Shown here: piece after piece, positions 1 through 12,554 of the stretch
Position numbering within the stretch: the first letter of the stretch is position 1
Layout: each line of letters opens with the position of its first letter
From: Octopus vulgaris
Taxonomy: Eukaryota
Direction: 5' to 3'
Assembly: GCA_951406725.2 (NCBI GenBank)
Contig: OX597817.1
Span: forward strand, 79,670,001 to 79,734,000
Length of the DNA stretch: 64,000 nucleotides
Notes under the pieces: model-generated
The model's database searches: none
What the model was told of the DNA's origin: nothing
What the model saw: the letters and a program-made list of their open reading frames with translations, nothing else
Made by a program: the position numbers and the translations under genes

Positions 1-237
1 TACCTATTTCTTTACTACCCACAAGGGGCTACAGACAGAGAGGACAAACAAGGACAGACAAACGGATTAAGTCGATTATATCGACCCCAGTGCGTAACTG
101 GTACTTATTTAATCGACCCCGAAAGGGTGAAAGGCAAAGTCGACCTCGGCGGAATTTGAACTCAGAACGTAGCAGCAGACGAAATACTGCAAAGCATTTT
201 GGCCGGCGTGCTAACGTTTCTGCCAGCTCGCCACCTT
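1..237 (-). mobile_element. tRNA-derived SINE family A (head AGGCGGCGAGCTGGCAGAAACGTTAG) with tail T1 (...GCCCCTTGTGGGTAGTAAAGAAAT), cut by the window edge
   Basis: Reverse complement is nearly identical to copies at 13160, 41709 and 43997; A-box-like TGGCAGAAACG and B-box-like GAGTTCAAATTCC. Confidence 0.85.
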
Positions 238-351
238 AACAATTTATTTAATATCAAGAAGACAAAATACATAATAACAAAAAGAAATACTTCCAGCGAT
301 TTGAATAGTAATAGCAATATTTGTTACTCAAAATTTTATGGGTATAGGCTT

Positions 352-508
352 GACGGTTACATCGTCCTCGATGCTCAACTGGTACTTATTTTTCGTCCCT
401 GAAAAGAGGAAAGGGAAAGCCAACCTCAGTAGAATTTGAACTCAGAACGTAAAGCTGGAAGAAACATTTTGCCCGGTGCTGTAACGATTCTACCAGTTCG
501 CCGCCTTT
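352..508 (-). mobile_element. SINE family A, degenerate copy
   Basis: GAATTTGAACTCAGAACGT and CAGTTCGCCGCCTT match family A in reverse complement. Confidence 0.7.
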
Positions 509-774
509 ATACTACTGCCGACTCTCTCGGTTACGACAACGAGTTTTCCAGTTGATCCGAACAACGGAATAATATCATTATTTTCTATTGTCATTCCATA
601 GTGCTGGAACAATTCCCAGTGTATATAGGCCCAAACCCCATCATACCTGTGGATATATTCCAACTTATACAGAACTGGCTAGCCAGAGACAACATTACAC
701 TATTTGATGGTCGTTGATTCTCTTGATTTCATCCACCCTTTGAAGGATTTTACATTTCGTCGCGCAGGAGTTCA

Positions 775-1558
775 ATAAAGAAAGACAGTTGCAGCAAGTA
801 GTAGAAGTGAGACATGGCTATGGTTGCAGAAATGAAAGCTGAAAAGAGAGACAGAAAGTATGTTAGTAGTTGCACAAGATCAAGCATTAAGGATTAATTG
901 GATAAAAGGCAAGATAAACAAAAACCAAATGGATTCCCAATGTAGGTTATGTAAATCAAAAGAGTAAAGCATTACTCATATGGTAAGTGAATGTAATATG
1001 CTGACTCAGAAAGAATACAAGAAAAGACATGACAACCACTGAGAGTTATGTAGAAAGCAAGGATTTGAAAATACCAATAAATTATATGAACATGAACCTA
1101 GTAAAGTACTAGAAAGTAAGAAATACAAGATGTTGTGGGGACTTTAAAATTCAGACTGACAAAGTGAAAGAAGCTAGAAGGCCTGATTTAGTAGTAGGGG
1201 ATAAAGAGAATAGAAAGTGCAAGATAATTGACCCTATAGTCCCAAATGATGAAAACATCGATATGAGAAGTATAGAAAAAATATCGAAGTACAAGGACCT
1301 AGCTATTGAATTACAGAGACTATGGAAAGTGCGGGTAAAATGTATCCCAGTAGTTATATGGGCATTGAGAACTATCCCTAAAGAGAAAATAGGCATAAAA
1401 CCCAGTTTAGTACAGCTGCAGAAAACAGTGTTATTAGGAACAGTTAGGGTACTTTGGAGGGTTCTTTGCATCTAAGGTTACTTGTTGTAGCCCGATGTTA
1501 GGATTTTTTCTTTTCCGACTGTCCTTTCCACACAACAGTCTGTTGAAAATAATAATAA
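775..1558 (+). mobile_element. 3' fragment of an R4/Dong-type non-LTR retrotransposon (zinc knuckle + restriction-like endonuclease), disrupted
   Basis: Translates to VAQDQALR, CRLCK..H..SEC..L.QKEYKKRHD, RPDLVV.DK...CKIID..VP, EKISKYKDLAIELQRLW, IPVVI, LQKTVLLGT; ends in AATAATAATAAAT. Confidence 0.85.
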
Positions 1559-1574
1559 ATTTGAAGTAGGAGGC

Positions 1575-1783
1575 GAAGAAGGAGGAAGAGGAAGGGTATG
1601 TGGAGGAGGGGAAGGAGAGGGAGAAGAAGGAGGAAGAAAAGAAGGAGAAGAAGAAGAAGAAAAAGAAGAAGAAGAAGAAGAGGTAGAAGAAGAAGAAGAA
1701 GAAGAAGAAGAAGAAGAAGAGGTAGAAGAAGAAGAAGAAGAAGAAGAAGAAGAAGAAGAAGAAGAAGAAGAAGAAGAAGAAGA
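1575..1783 (+). repeat. (GAA)n/purine-rich microsatellite
   Basis: Direct reading of the sequence. Confidence 0.95.
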
Positions 1784-2001
1784 ATGAATGAATGAATTAG
1801 TTAATTAAATAATTAATGACGGAATGAATGAATGAGGAAGTAGAACAGGGTATATGTAAAATAGTTGCTCCAAATTTCTCTCCTGTAATAATATCAAATA
1901 TCAAATTAAAATTAAGGTAGATTTGAAACAATATGACCGCATGAAAGCCCACCAAACCACACGAACACAAACTTACATGCACAGGCACATATTTTTATGG
2001 A

Positions 2002-2032
<31 letters not shown>

Positions 2033-2124
2033 CTGTGTGTGTGTGTGCGTGTGTGTGTGTGTGTGCGCGTGTGTGTAGTTTTATGAAATTAGCTGTAAGT
2101 ATATATGGATATAAATTGTTTGTG

Positions 2125-2173
<49 letters not shown>

Positions 2174-2233
2174 GCATACATACATGTACGGAAGAATATA
2201 AGCATATATAAATATATATATATATATATACAT

Positions 2234-2278
<45 letters not shown>

Positions 2279-2417
2279 CATATACATGTATGTCTATAAT
2301 TTACATATAACTCCGTATATTTATATATACGTGTGCAATTATATGTAAATATATGCATATCATAATTTTATAATTATATAAAACTTTAGATAGATTTTAC
2401 AGAACTACTTTATATAA

Positions 2418-2471
<54 letters not shown>

Positions 2472-3311
2472 GTATGTATACATATATATACATATATATA
2501 TATACATATATATATTCATATATATATACATATCATATATATATATATATATATACGTATTTATAAAAATGTATGCATTTATGTATTGATGTATATCTAG
2601 ATCTATCTATTAATCTATCTATCTATATATATGTATATATATCTAAGTAAATGCGTGTATATCTATAGTTACATACGCACGCAACAACTCACTCATATAT
2701 GATAGCTGCATATGTGTGGTTGTCCCTGTACGTGTATGAATGGATGATACGAAGTATCCTAGATGGGTGCGTGTATGTCTACTTAGTACGAAATAAATTG
2801 AGCAAACACAAAAACAGTCACAAAAGAAAAACAAAATAACATTAAATATAATGATATAAAACATAGCCAAACTAAAGAAGATTCTAATACAGGTGGCGCT
2901 GTCGCTGATGACATGATTTGTGGGTAAATTTAGCAAATGGTAATGTAAACAGCAATTACAGATACACACCGTTACATGGAACAGCTAATGAAAACTATAG
3001 GAACAGTTTGGAAAATTAGCGAATATCATAGCAAAACAATGATTACATGCAAAGAAATAAGAAATCAACAATACGTATAAGTATATAAGTAATATAAGTA
3101 AGTGTGTATGATAGGTGCAGGTGAACATGTATGTATGCGCATTACATAGGCACAACTGGCAAGACACACACACGCATGCATACATACACTCACACATACA
3201 CACACACATGCACAAACATATACACAAACACAGACACACACACACAAAGGTATATATGTATCTACGTTCTTTAGTTTCATATATATATATGCGTTTGTAT
3301 TAGAGTATGTT

Positions 3312-3354
<43 letters not shown>

Positions 3355-3479
3355 TGTGTATGTATATATATATACATACATATTGTATATATGTTCGTAC
3401 ATATTTAGACTTATAGTTATATACATGTATAAACAGAGAATTATATAAGTATATACAGTTATATATGTATGTATGTATT

Positions 3480-3515
<36 letters not shown>

Positions 3516-5338
3516 CGTGCAAACATATATACATGTAAAGAAATATACTTATATACGTGCATATAAAGAGAATTATATAAGTAGATATGTGTGTATATGT
3601 TTATATGCATACATACGTACATATATATATATATACACACAGATTCACATATATTTCTATGTACGTATTTATGTATTTGTGTGTGTGTGTGTGTGTGTGC
3701 GTACACATGTATATTATGGGGAAATGTGAAAGAAGAAAACTAAAGTTAAACGATGAAGACACAAACAAAAGAAACAAGACCTACAACAGCAATAACAGCA
3801 GTAATAACTACAATACAATCAAGAGTTGTCCAATGTGAGTGTGTGTGGAGGTAGAAGGGATATTGAAAGTGATAGCGGTTGCCGTGGTGGTGAGGATTGT
3901 GGTGATATTGGTTGCAAAGCTTCATTGAAATTTTCCTTCAATTTTGTATAATAATAAGACAGTTGATGAAACCGAAATGATTTGTCAGGGAAGGAAGGGT
4001 GTGAGAGAATGAAGGTTGTGTTCGTTATTGAAATAAAATTAATTAAGATTGAATTAATTGCTTATGTTGTAGGAAATGTGGCAAAAACATACGAATAAAA
4101 GAGAAAAGACCCTTTTCCCTCGTCATCAGTACCTCTGCTACTACTGCAGCCGTTTCCAAAAATAATATGACACGCCACGGAGAGAGAACTGTAACATCAA
4201 CAGCAATAAACAAAAGTAATAACACACACTCACATACATACATATTTATTCACACATTTACATATATATATATATATGTATGTACATGTATAAGTTTATA
4301 TATGTATATATATGTATGTATGTGCGCGCGTGTGTGTGTATGTGTGTGTGAGTGGGAAAGAGAGTGAGAGTGCAAGCACTGTAGCAGATGCACGGCCAAG
4401 AACAATAAGAAAAAGAGCGATGATAGCAACAACAACTTCAACAACAGTAGCCAGAGTAACTCTAGATAGTGTTTTAAATTACAGTAATATAAAGAATGAA
4501 CTAATAATTATATGTGGTTGATTTTTTTATATATGTTTTTCTTTATTATAGACGGGAAAGTTCGACGGAGTTTGCATTTCGAGATGTTGGAAGGTGCGTG
4601 AAGCTATCATATTAACAAGTAAATTGAGTCTTGTCAAAGAGAGTGTATAAAGAAAAATTGCGATCTAATTTACAGGAATTGGTCAGAAGAACTTCAGCAA
4701 AATCAACAATAGAAATGAATAGTAATGTTGATGAAGTGAGAGAACGGAACTACAAAAAACAACGAAGACAAGAAATTAAGAAAATATAAACAACAAAACA
4801 GGATCATAAGCAAAACAACAACATTGACAAAAACAGAAATGCGGCAAGTATTTCACTCTAATATCCTGAGCAGAGAGCGTCTATGAGTACACACAAACAC
4901 CCCGCTCCTCCGCCACACACTCACACATACACAAACACAAACACATACACATTTATCTGTATGCATGCGTGCATTTAGTATTTATGGATGTGCATGTATA
5001 TACATATGTATATGTGTGTGTGCGTGCTAATGTGTGTGTGCGTGCTAATGTGTGTGTGTATTTATATATGTATGTCTGTATGTATGTACGTATATACGTG
5101 TGTATACATACATACATACATACATACATACATACATACATACATACATACATAGAGGGTGGGCCAAAAGCCACGCGCAAGACAAGTTTATTACGACCCC
5201 GAATTGACAGACATGCTTCAATTTCTCTAAAATAATAAAATAATAAAAAATACTCAAGTTCTTGTACATGAGGAACAAAATTAATAATAATATTGATAAC
5301 AACAACAGCAACAAAAACAGCAACAACAACAACAGCAA

Positions 5339-5369
<31 letters not shown>

Positions 5370-5479
5370 AACAACAATAATGATAATAATGGTGCCCCAG
5401 CATGGCCGCGGCCTTCGGGCTAATACATTTTAAGGATTTAATGATAATAATAGTAATAATAATAATAATAATAATGATG

Positions 5480-5512
<33 letters not shown>

Positions 5513-5514
<2 letters not shown>

Positions 5515-5810
5515 GGGTTTGAATAATTCACCTCTGGAAACATGGCTGGTTTTTTCAACATCCTTAAACAACCCTTATTCAGGGACCTTTTGAGCGGGAT
5601 GGGCTACCCAACCTGAAGAATATTCTAACTGGGCCCCACCTGCAAGGTCATGTGCTGTTTATCTTGATATGAGATCACCATGTCGCGCACATATGGTTGT
5701 GATGCATGTGCCTGGTGTACCCTTATCAGACGGGTAGTCATGATGGGTATATTGGGCTTCGTATATTTTACCCCAGTGTCACTTTGATGGCATGAACTGC
5801 TTTCTCACTC
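5513..5810 (+). mobile_element. 5'-truncated copy of a ~560-bp non-coding (TAA)n-associated repeat (family X)
   Basis: Matches 6134-6430 and the reverse complement of 37314-37610; ends CTCACTC followed by (AAT)n. Confidence 0.85.
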
Positions 5811-5869
<59 letters not shown>

Positions 5870-5871
<2 letters not shown>

Positions 5872-6430
5872 CACTGATGCAGTGCCAAGCAGTGGCTCTC
5901 ATGGCTTTTGAGCTAAACTGATTGGAAGTACAATCATGTACATGCTTTGTCTTAGTATAAAAGATGGGCTACCGCAAATATTCTCATCAATACCACAGAT
6001 TTGCTTGTCAGTTGCTTGAACTTAACCACTTCAGCATGTTATTTAGTGGCTGACGATATGTGCATATTTGTGATCACGGGCAGAAGTAGTGGGGGGTGGG
6101 GTATCATAGCCATGTGTTGAGAGGAATTCTTTTGGGTTTGAACATTTCACCTATGGAAACATGGGTGTTTCATTTATCATTCTTGAACAACTCTTATTCA
6201 AGGATCTTTTGAGCGGGATGGGCTACTCGACACGAACAAATTCTAACTGGGCCCCACTTGCAAGTTCATACGCTGTTTATCTTGATGTGATGAAATCAGA
6301 ATGTCGCGCACATATGGCTATGATGCTGTGCCTGGTGTACCCCTATCAGACAGTAGTCCTAATGGGCATATTGGGCTTCGTATATTAGTATCCCAGTGTC
6401 ACTTTGAAGGCATGCACTTCTCTCTCACTC
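5870..6430 (+). mobile_element. Apparently full-length family X element flanked by (AAT)n on both sides
   Basis: Colinear with the reverse complement of 37314-37870 over its whole length. Confidence 0.85.
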
Positions 6431-6482
6431 AATAATAATAACAATAATAATAATAACAATAATAACAATAATAATAATGATG

Positions 6483-6526
<44 letters not shown>

Positions 6527-6574
6527 TATTATTATTATTATTATTATTATGATTATTATTATTATTATTATTAT

Positions 6575-6646
<72 letters not shown>
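6431..6646. repeat. Head-to-head (AAT)n/(ATT)n microsatellite
   Basis: (AAT)n switches to (ATT)n at about 6527. Confidence 0.9.
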
Positions 6647-6649
<3 letters not shown>

Positions 6650-6746
6650 TAGTTTTATTTTTATAGCGTGCTTTCACTTCACTACCGAGCGCAGCTCTGT
6701 GTGCCTTGGGTATGTGCTGTGATTTGTTGTGATGCTCTGATGGTTT
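6647..6746 (-). mobile_element. Probable short retroelement 3' end inserted in (TAA)n
   Basis: 100-bp unique segment between two (TTA)n tracts; the minus strand ends ATAAAAATAAAACTACTG then (AAT)n. Confidence 0.5.
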
Positions 6747-6774
6747 ATTATTGTTATTATTATTATTATTATTA

Positions 6775-6808
<34 letters not shown>

Positions 6809-6809
<1 letters not shown>

Positions 6810-7650
6810 AAGGCAGAGAGCGAAGGCTTAAACAATGAAGCCAATGTGATGAAAAATTGTGTAGACTCAAAGTGTCGATACTGCAATGATTGGATAGAAA
6901 CAGTGAACCACTTAATCTCTGGATGTAAGCCCTTAGCACCTGTAGAGTACAAATCAAGACATGTCAGAGTAGGTCAATATCTACACTGGATAATGTGTCG
7001 GTATTATAAAATCAAAACTGCTGATAAATGGTACAAGCACCGCTCAGAGGGAGAAAATGTAACTATTCTTTGGGACTTCCCTGTATGTACAGACCGGACC
7101 ATCAAAGCAAACAAATCAGATATATTTGTGAAAGACCAAAACAATAAAATCTGTTTATTGATTAGCATGAGCATATCCTGTGACCATAATATCTCGACAA
7201 AAGTAAATGATAAGCTCAGAAAATATAAAGATTTGCTAATCGAAATTAAAAAGATGTGGCATCTCAAGAGGGTTACAATACCAGTGATTGTAGGAGCACT
7301 TGGAATTATCAAAAAAAGAAACTGAAAATTATTTAAGAATTATCCCTGGCTTACCATCCATACAGGAGGTGCAAAAGATTATCTTAACTGTTACGTCAGA
7401 CGTATTGAGAACAGCGTTGCCGCTGTGAATTTTCCTTCCCTTTTCCCCTTTATTTTCTTTGTTTACGCTTTTGTTTTTTTAAATTTTTTCTCTGTCTTTC
7501 TTCTTCTTTTTCTCTATCACATTACTTTGTAAATGGAAAAATTCGGTGTGTTTATTTCAATGGCCTACCAATGTATACAGTTCATTGTTATGCCCTAGAT
7601 GTCAGGAAGACACTCCGCGAGAAATGGAAACGGAATTGAAAGAAGATAAT
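6809..7650 (+). mobile_element. 3' fragment of an R4/Dong-type LINE (zinc knuckle + RLE, 3' UTR, (AAT)n tail)
   Basis: ORF 6846-7325: CRYC...ETVNHLISGC..LA..EYKSRH, ILWDFP..TDRTIKANKSDI, KLRKYKDLLIEI..MW, TIPVIVGALG; frameshift near 7320. Confidence 0.88.
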
Positions 7651-7656
7651 AATGAA

Positions 7657-7738
<82 letters not shown>

Positions 7739-7786
7739 TCTGTATCGTTCTTATTTTAGTATAAGTATTGTACTACTGATTGGCAC

Positions 7787-7859
<73 letters not shown>

Positions 7860-7881
7860 ATATATGTATATATATATATAT

Positions 7882-8811
7882 AATGTGGGATGTAGAACAT
7901 GCAAGATCAGGATGGAAGGAATACAGCCAGACGTAGAGGCGGTGTGGATAGTGGCAGCCATCCTCATTTATAATGAGGACAAAGTGGACATCCTTCAAGC
8001 CACGATAGCGGACGAAGGGAGATGGAGAGGAGGAACACTAGAGATGAGCATCCAGGCAGAAATAGAAGTACTGGAACGCTTGTCAGAAACAATTACAATG
8101 GGAGATATAAGCTTAAGAGCATGGGTGGAGGGCAGATCTCCTCAGTGTTTGAAATGTGGCCTGAAAGGCCACATAAGAGCTAGTTGCTCTCCACCAGTGA
8201 AGGAACCAATGAAGGAACCAGCAAAAGAGGTAGACGAACCCCAGGAAGAACAGAAAGAGGCAGAAGTGCAAAAGGAAAATATGGTTGAAGAAGAGGATCC
8301 AGCAGAATGGGAAACCAGTGGAAAAAGGAAGAAAAGAAAAAGAAAGAAGGCAAGCTATACTGAACCCCAACCCACCCCAGCACCACCCACACCCTTTTCG
8401 CCTCACCCTTCCTCTACAGACACTAACCCTCCCCGCTCCCCTCCAACAAGAAAACAGAAAACAGTCAAAAAGGGTAACTCACAAAATTCCCGTCCCGCAG
8501 ACCATTATGTAAATTTACTAGACAATGAAGATGAGGATTTATTAGAAATATTGCAGGATTGGGGAAAGGTTAAATTACCAGACAGCTGGGATGAGGATAG
8601 GGGTATGGAAGTAATATTAACAAGAAACCAAGGAAGAGAACTTAACAACGCCAATATGTTAGTAAGGAAGAGTATAAACTCAGGCAAGAGATATGAACTT
8701 GAGAAGCGGTATGGGGTGAAACTAGAGGACTACATAATTTTCGGAATACTGCAAGAGGAGGACATACGAGAAAGAAGGCAAGTAAGTGATGTTAACCGAT
8801 GGGACGATTAA
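7882..8811 (+). CDS. Gag-like ORF1 protein of a non-LTR retroelement (CCHC zinc knuckle, L1/Tx1-like architecture); true start unclear
   Basis: About 310 stop-free codons; EGRSPQCLKCGLKGHIRASC (CX2CX4HX4C), acidic linker, WETSGKRKKRKRKK basic patch, Pro-rich stretch; the first ~34 aa of the tracked ORF are (TA)n artefact. Confidence 0.75.
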   Translation, partial: NVGCRTCKIRMEGIQPDVEAVWIVAAILIYNEDKVDILQATIADEGRWRGGTLEMSIQAEIEVLERLSETITMGDISLRAWVEGRSPQCLKCGLKGHIRASCSPPVKEPMKEPAKEVDEPQEEQKEAEVQKENMVEEEDPAEWETSGKRKKRKRKKASYTEPQPTPAPPTPFSPHPSSTDTNPPRSPPTRKQKTVKKGNSQNSRPADHYVNLLDNEDEDLLEILQDWGKVKLPDSWDEDRGMEVILTRNQGRELNNANMLVRKSINSGKRYELEKRYGVKLEDYIIFGILQEEDIRERRQVSDVNRWDD

Positions 8812-8962
8812 CATCACATTCATTTTTCATTTTCACCCTTTCATCTTTTTAGCATACGATTATGTTTTTGTTTCAATTTCAATTTTAATTTTTGGTGTTT
8901 TGTGTGACAAATGTTTGGTGATGTCCCCCTCTATGTAAACCCTTTATGGGAAATAAAGAAAT
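7882..8962 (+). mobile_element. ORF1-only non-autonomous LINE derivative with T-rich 3' UTR ending AAATAAAGAAAT
   Basis: The ORF1 stop is followed by a 150-bp UTR and a tail resembling SINE tail T1; no ORF2 follows. Confidence 0.6.
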
Positions 8963-9128
8963 AGGTATTACATCTGTCATTACATTCTGAGTTTAAATTC
9001 CGCCGGGGTCGACTTTGCCTTTTATCCTTTCGGGGTTGATAAACTAAGTGCTAGTTTGCATATTGGTGTTGATCTAATTGACCGGCCCACTCCGCAAAGA
9101 TTTCGGGCCTTGTACATAGAGTAGAAAA
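8963..9128 (+). mobile_element. Headless SINE family A body with tail T2 (GGCCTTGT...AGTAGAAA)
   Basis: Begins AGGTATT..TCTGTC, the same position as the second units at 13354, 41941 and 44209. Confidence 0.8.
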
Positions 9129-9315
9129 GGACCTATGAGCTGGTTTGATTCTGGAGATGGTTTAAGGAAGTTAGGTCTTAGAAAACTCGATATACGGTTA
9201 ACAATGGGTTTTAAGACTATATCAAAAGAGTTACTTGGTCTACGTGTTTTACAGGACCGCATGCTACAATCAGTAGTAAATTGAAACATGTGATATATTA
9301 ATATATATTGAAGTT

Positions 9316-9520
9316 AAGGCGGCGAGCTAGCAGAATCGTTTCTGTGACGGTAAAAAATGCTTAGCGGCATTTCTTTCGACTTTACGTTCCGAGTTCAAAT
9401 GTCGCCGGCTTCGGGGGTCAATAAAATATTTAGTTGTTGAAAATTGGAGAGGGGGGAGTTACTTATCCCCTCAACCCCCACCCCACTGAAATTGCTGGCC
9501 CTCCTCCAAAATTTAAAACC
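9316..9520 (+). mobile_element. SINE family A monomer, degenerate
   Basis: AAGGCGGCGAGCTAGCAGAATCG head and GAGTTCAAAT box. Confidence 0.75.
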
Positions 9521-9776
9521 AATATATATCGACGTTGATCTTCACGCTTCTCTTTATAGTTTCACGCTTGTAGATTTTTGAGAGTCCATATTCAAATCCT
9601 GTTAAATTGTCCATTTACTTTTCCGCCAATATCAGCTTGGAAATATTTCAAGTTTCATATCTGAACGAGCAATAGCGAACGACGAACAATTTTGCTTCAC
9701 ACAACACGGTAGAGCTTGTAAGATTGTTTTCTCTTATATTCTAAATTCTTCGTCACATCGAATTGCTTACATAATT

Positions 9777-9945
9777 AATTGCTATGAAACTTATTGAATT
9801 CCAAATTTCGATCGTAATATTGCTATGAAATTTATTGAACATTTGAACTTTCATCATTTCTTATTGCTGTAAAACTTATGAAACATTTGATTTTAAACAT
9901 GTAATTTTGTTATAAAATCTATTGAATAATTGATTTTTGAGCGTA
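9777..9945 (+). repeat. Degenerate minisatellite, 4 units of about 42 bp
   Basis: TTGCTATGAAAC/TTTATTGAA recurs at about 9779, 9820, 9864 and 9907. Confidence 0.7.
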
Positions 9946-10225
9946 TATTATCGAAATAAAATTTTTCTTGTTCATTCTCTCCTGTTTAAAATTTCATCTT
10001 ATTTTCATACTACTTTTCTTTTCCATTGGAAAAACGAAACACAAAAAGAAAGTTTGAAACTGATATAGTATTTTAATAGATTAGAAAGATATTAAACAAC
10101 CATAATTCCTTTTAAGATCCAGATGCAAAGTCGAAGTAAAAAATAAGTTTCTTGTACATAGATAGACAGAGAGAGAAACAGGAAGAGAGATAAACTGAAA
10201 TACAGACAGACAACAGATAGTTGGA

Positions 10226-10282
<57 letters not shown>

Positions 10283-10375
10283 TCACATACATACAGAGAG
10301 ACAGACATTTATCTGCACGTATAAATGCATGTCTATATACGATATATGTAACATACATATATTAAGAATATATAA

Positions 10376-10424
<49 letters not shown>

Positions 10425-10455
10425 CCTGTGTGTGTGTATATGTATATATATATAT

Positions 10456-10540
<85 letters not shown>

Positions 10541-11289
10541 TACACACACATACACAAACACGTGTGTGAGCGTGTGTGTGTGTTGACTTTACAGTTCTAA
10601 CAAATTGTGGCTAAAATTTTGGCTAATTTTCGAAGAACTCTTTTGACCTTAAGAAACGGTAAATGTATTTAGCTGCCAGGTTGGAGAAAACCTTATTGCA
10701 TTCAAAACATGGAACTGTGTTCAATAATAAAGCAGTACATTTTTAGGGGGCGACGACTGACAGCTGGTCAAAGACTAGCTGATAAAGTGTGCTGTTTGGC
10801 ATGGCGTCCAATTGAGTTATCGTAGCCATATTTTTTCTTTTACGTTTAATGTACTTTTGTTAGATGTCCTTTTTTTTCTTTTGCTCTGCAGTTATTGGGA
10901 AATATTTTTCTGCTTTTCTGTTGTTTTTCTTCTCCGTTTATGCAAGAATTTCTGCGCATGTATAAATGCGTATATTTACGTGTATGCATATCTGTTTTTT
11001 GGGGTTTTTTCTTCTTTTTTTTTTTTTTGCTGAGTGTTCGTCTGGGTGAATGCATGGTACACAAACATGTATTTGTCACCGAAAGAACATTTGTATACAT
11101 ATTATTATATACATATATATTACTTTACACATATATATATATGTGTGTATATGTGTATGTGTGTGTATGTGTGTGTGTGAAAAAGACTATGCAACTATAA
11201 ACACGCACGCACACACAAACATATAAAAGATATGCATATGTATATATGAATATATATATATATATATATGTAATCTCTTGCAGGTATAT

Positions 11290-11377
<88 letters not shown>

Positions 11378-11764
11378 TAAATACACACGAACACACACAC
11401 ACATATATATATATATTCAATATTTACCTGCACACATATATACGAACGCTCACATAGTCACAAACAACCCTTTTATTTTTCTGATGGGTTTTCAAAATGC
11501 TTTCTTGGGTGTCTATATGTTTTCTATATGCTTTTGCCTGTGTGTATGTCGAGAAATATGTAGGTATTTCAGAAGGTTTCCGAGACTCTAATTGTGCTCT
11601 TTTTTTTTGTTGTTGAAGACATTTTTTTCTGCGTGAAATAAACGTCTCCGACAATGACATTGTGAAAGAAAAAAAAAATGTGCATTAACGTTACCATACT
11701 AAAGTGCATATGTAGGAATCCACGTATGCACATTGGACACGGTATATATTTATATCTTTTATCA

Positions 11765-11950
11765 TTTACTTGTTTCATTCATTAGACTGCGGCCATGCTG
11801 GGGCGCCGCCTTGAATATTTAGTCGAATGAATCGACCCAAGTATTTCAATTTTTTAAAGCCAGATACTTATTCTATCGATCGTTTTTGCCGAACCGCTAA
11901 GTTACGAGAATGCAAACACCTCAACAGCAGTTGTCAAGCGGTGGTGGAGC
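11765..11950 (-). mobile_element. 3' half of SINE family B
   Basis: Reverse complement of ...AACTTAGCGGTTCGGCAAAA...CCAGCATGGCCGCAGTCTAATGAATGAAACAAGTAAA. Confidence 0.8.
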
Positions 11951-12017
11951 AGAGAAATAGAGACATACACACATAGATAAACATAAATACATGCATACAT
12001 GCACATATACATAAATA

Positions 12018-12060
<43 letters not shown>

Positions 12061-12066
<6 letters not shown>

Positions 12067-12340
12067 ATCACGTGACCGACCAGACCATCAAATGTTGCTA
12101 CACATCGCTGGTCATAATGCGTTCGCATTGTTTTAGCCTACGAACGAGCAGGCCAACAGAAGAAAGAGTGAGAAAGAGTGGTGAATGAGTACAGCAGGGA
12201 TCACCACCCACTGCCGGGGCCTCGTGAAGCTTTTAGGTGTTTTCGCTCAATAAACACACACAACGCCCGGTCTGGGAATCGAAACCGTGATCCTCCGACC
12301 GCAAGTCCGCTGCCCTAACCACTGGGCCATTGCGCCTCCA
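12061..12340 (-). mobile_element. tRNA-derived SINE family C inserted in (TA)n
   Basis: Minus strand GGAGGCGCAATGGCCCAGTGGTTAGGGCAGCGGAC...GGTTTCGATTCCC (A and B boxes), followed by a non-tRNA body. Confidence 0.8.
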
Positions 12341-12341
12341 C

Positions 12342-12384
<43 letters not shown>

Positions 12385-12416
12385 CATACATACGTTTTAT
12401 ATAAAAAAAAAAAAAA

Positions 12417-12452
<36 letters not shown>

Positions 12453-12511
12453 GTACATACGTTTGTATATATATATATATATATATATATAAATATATAT
12501 GTATACATACG

Positions 12512-12554
<43 letters not shown>

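Noticed and set aside
4100-4132. CTGATGA...GAAA on the minus strand
   Set aside because: No helix II, III or I; chance match. The same applies to CTGATGA at about 2905 and 24127
5555-5640. Possible HDV-like ribozyme within family X (CATCC/GGATG, TTCTAACTGGG)
   Set aside because: P3 and P1.1 could not be paired consistently by eye
9777-9945. Regularly spaced repeats superficially like a CRISPR array
   Set aside because: Whole units are degenerate copies without unique spacers; eukaryotic context, no cas genes
12270-12340. Candidate tRNA gene
   Set aside because: The tRNA-like head continues into a SINE body and lacks a proper acceptor stem
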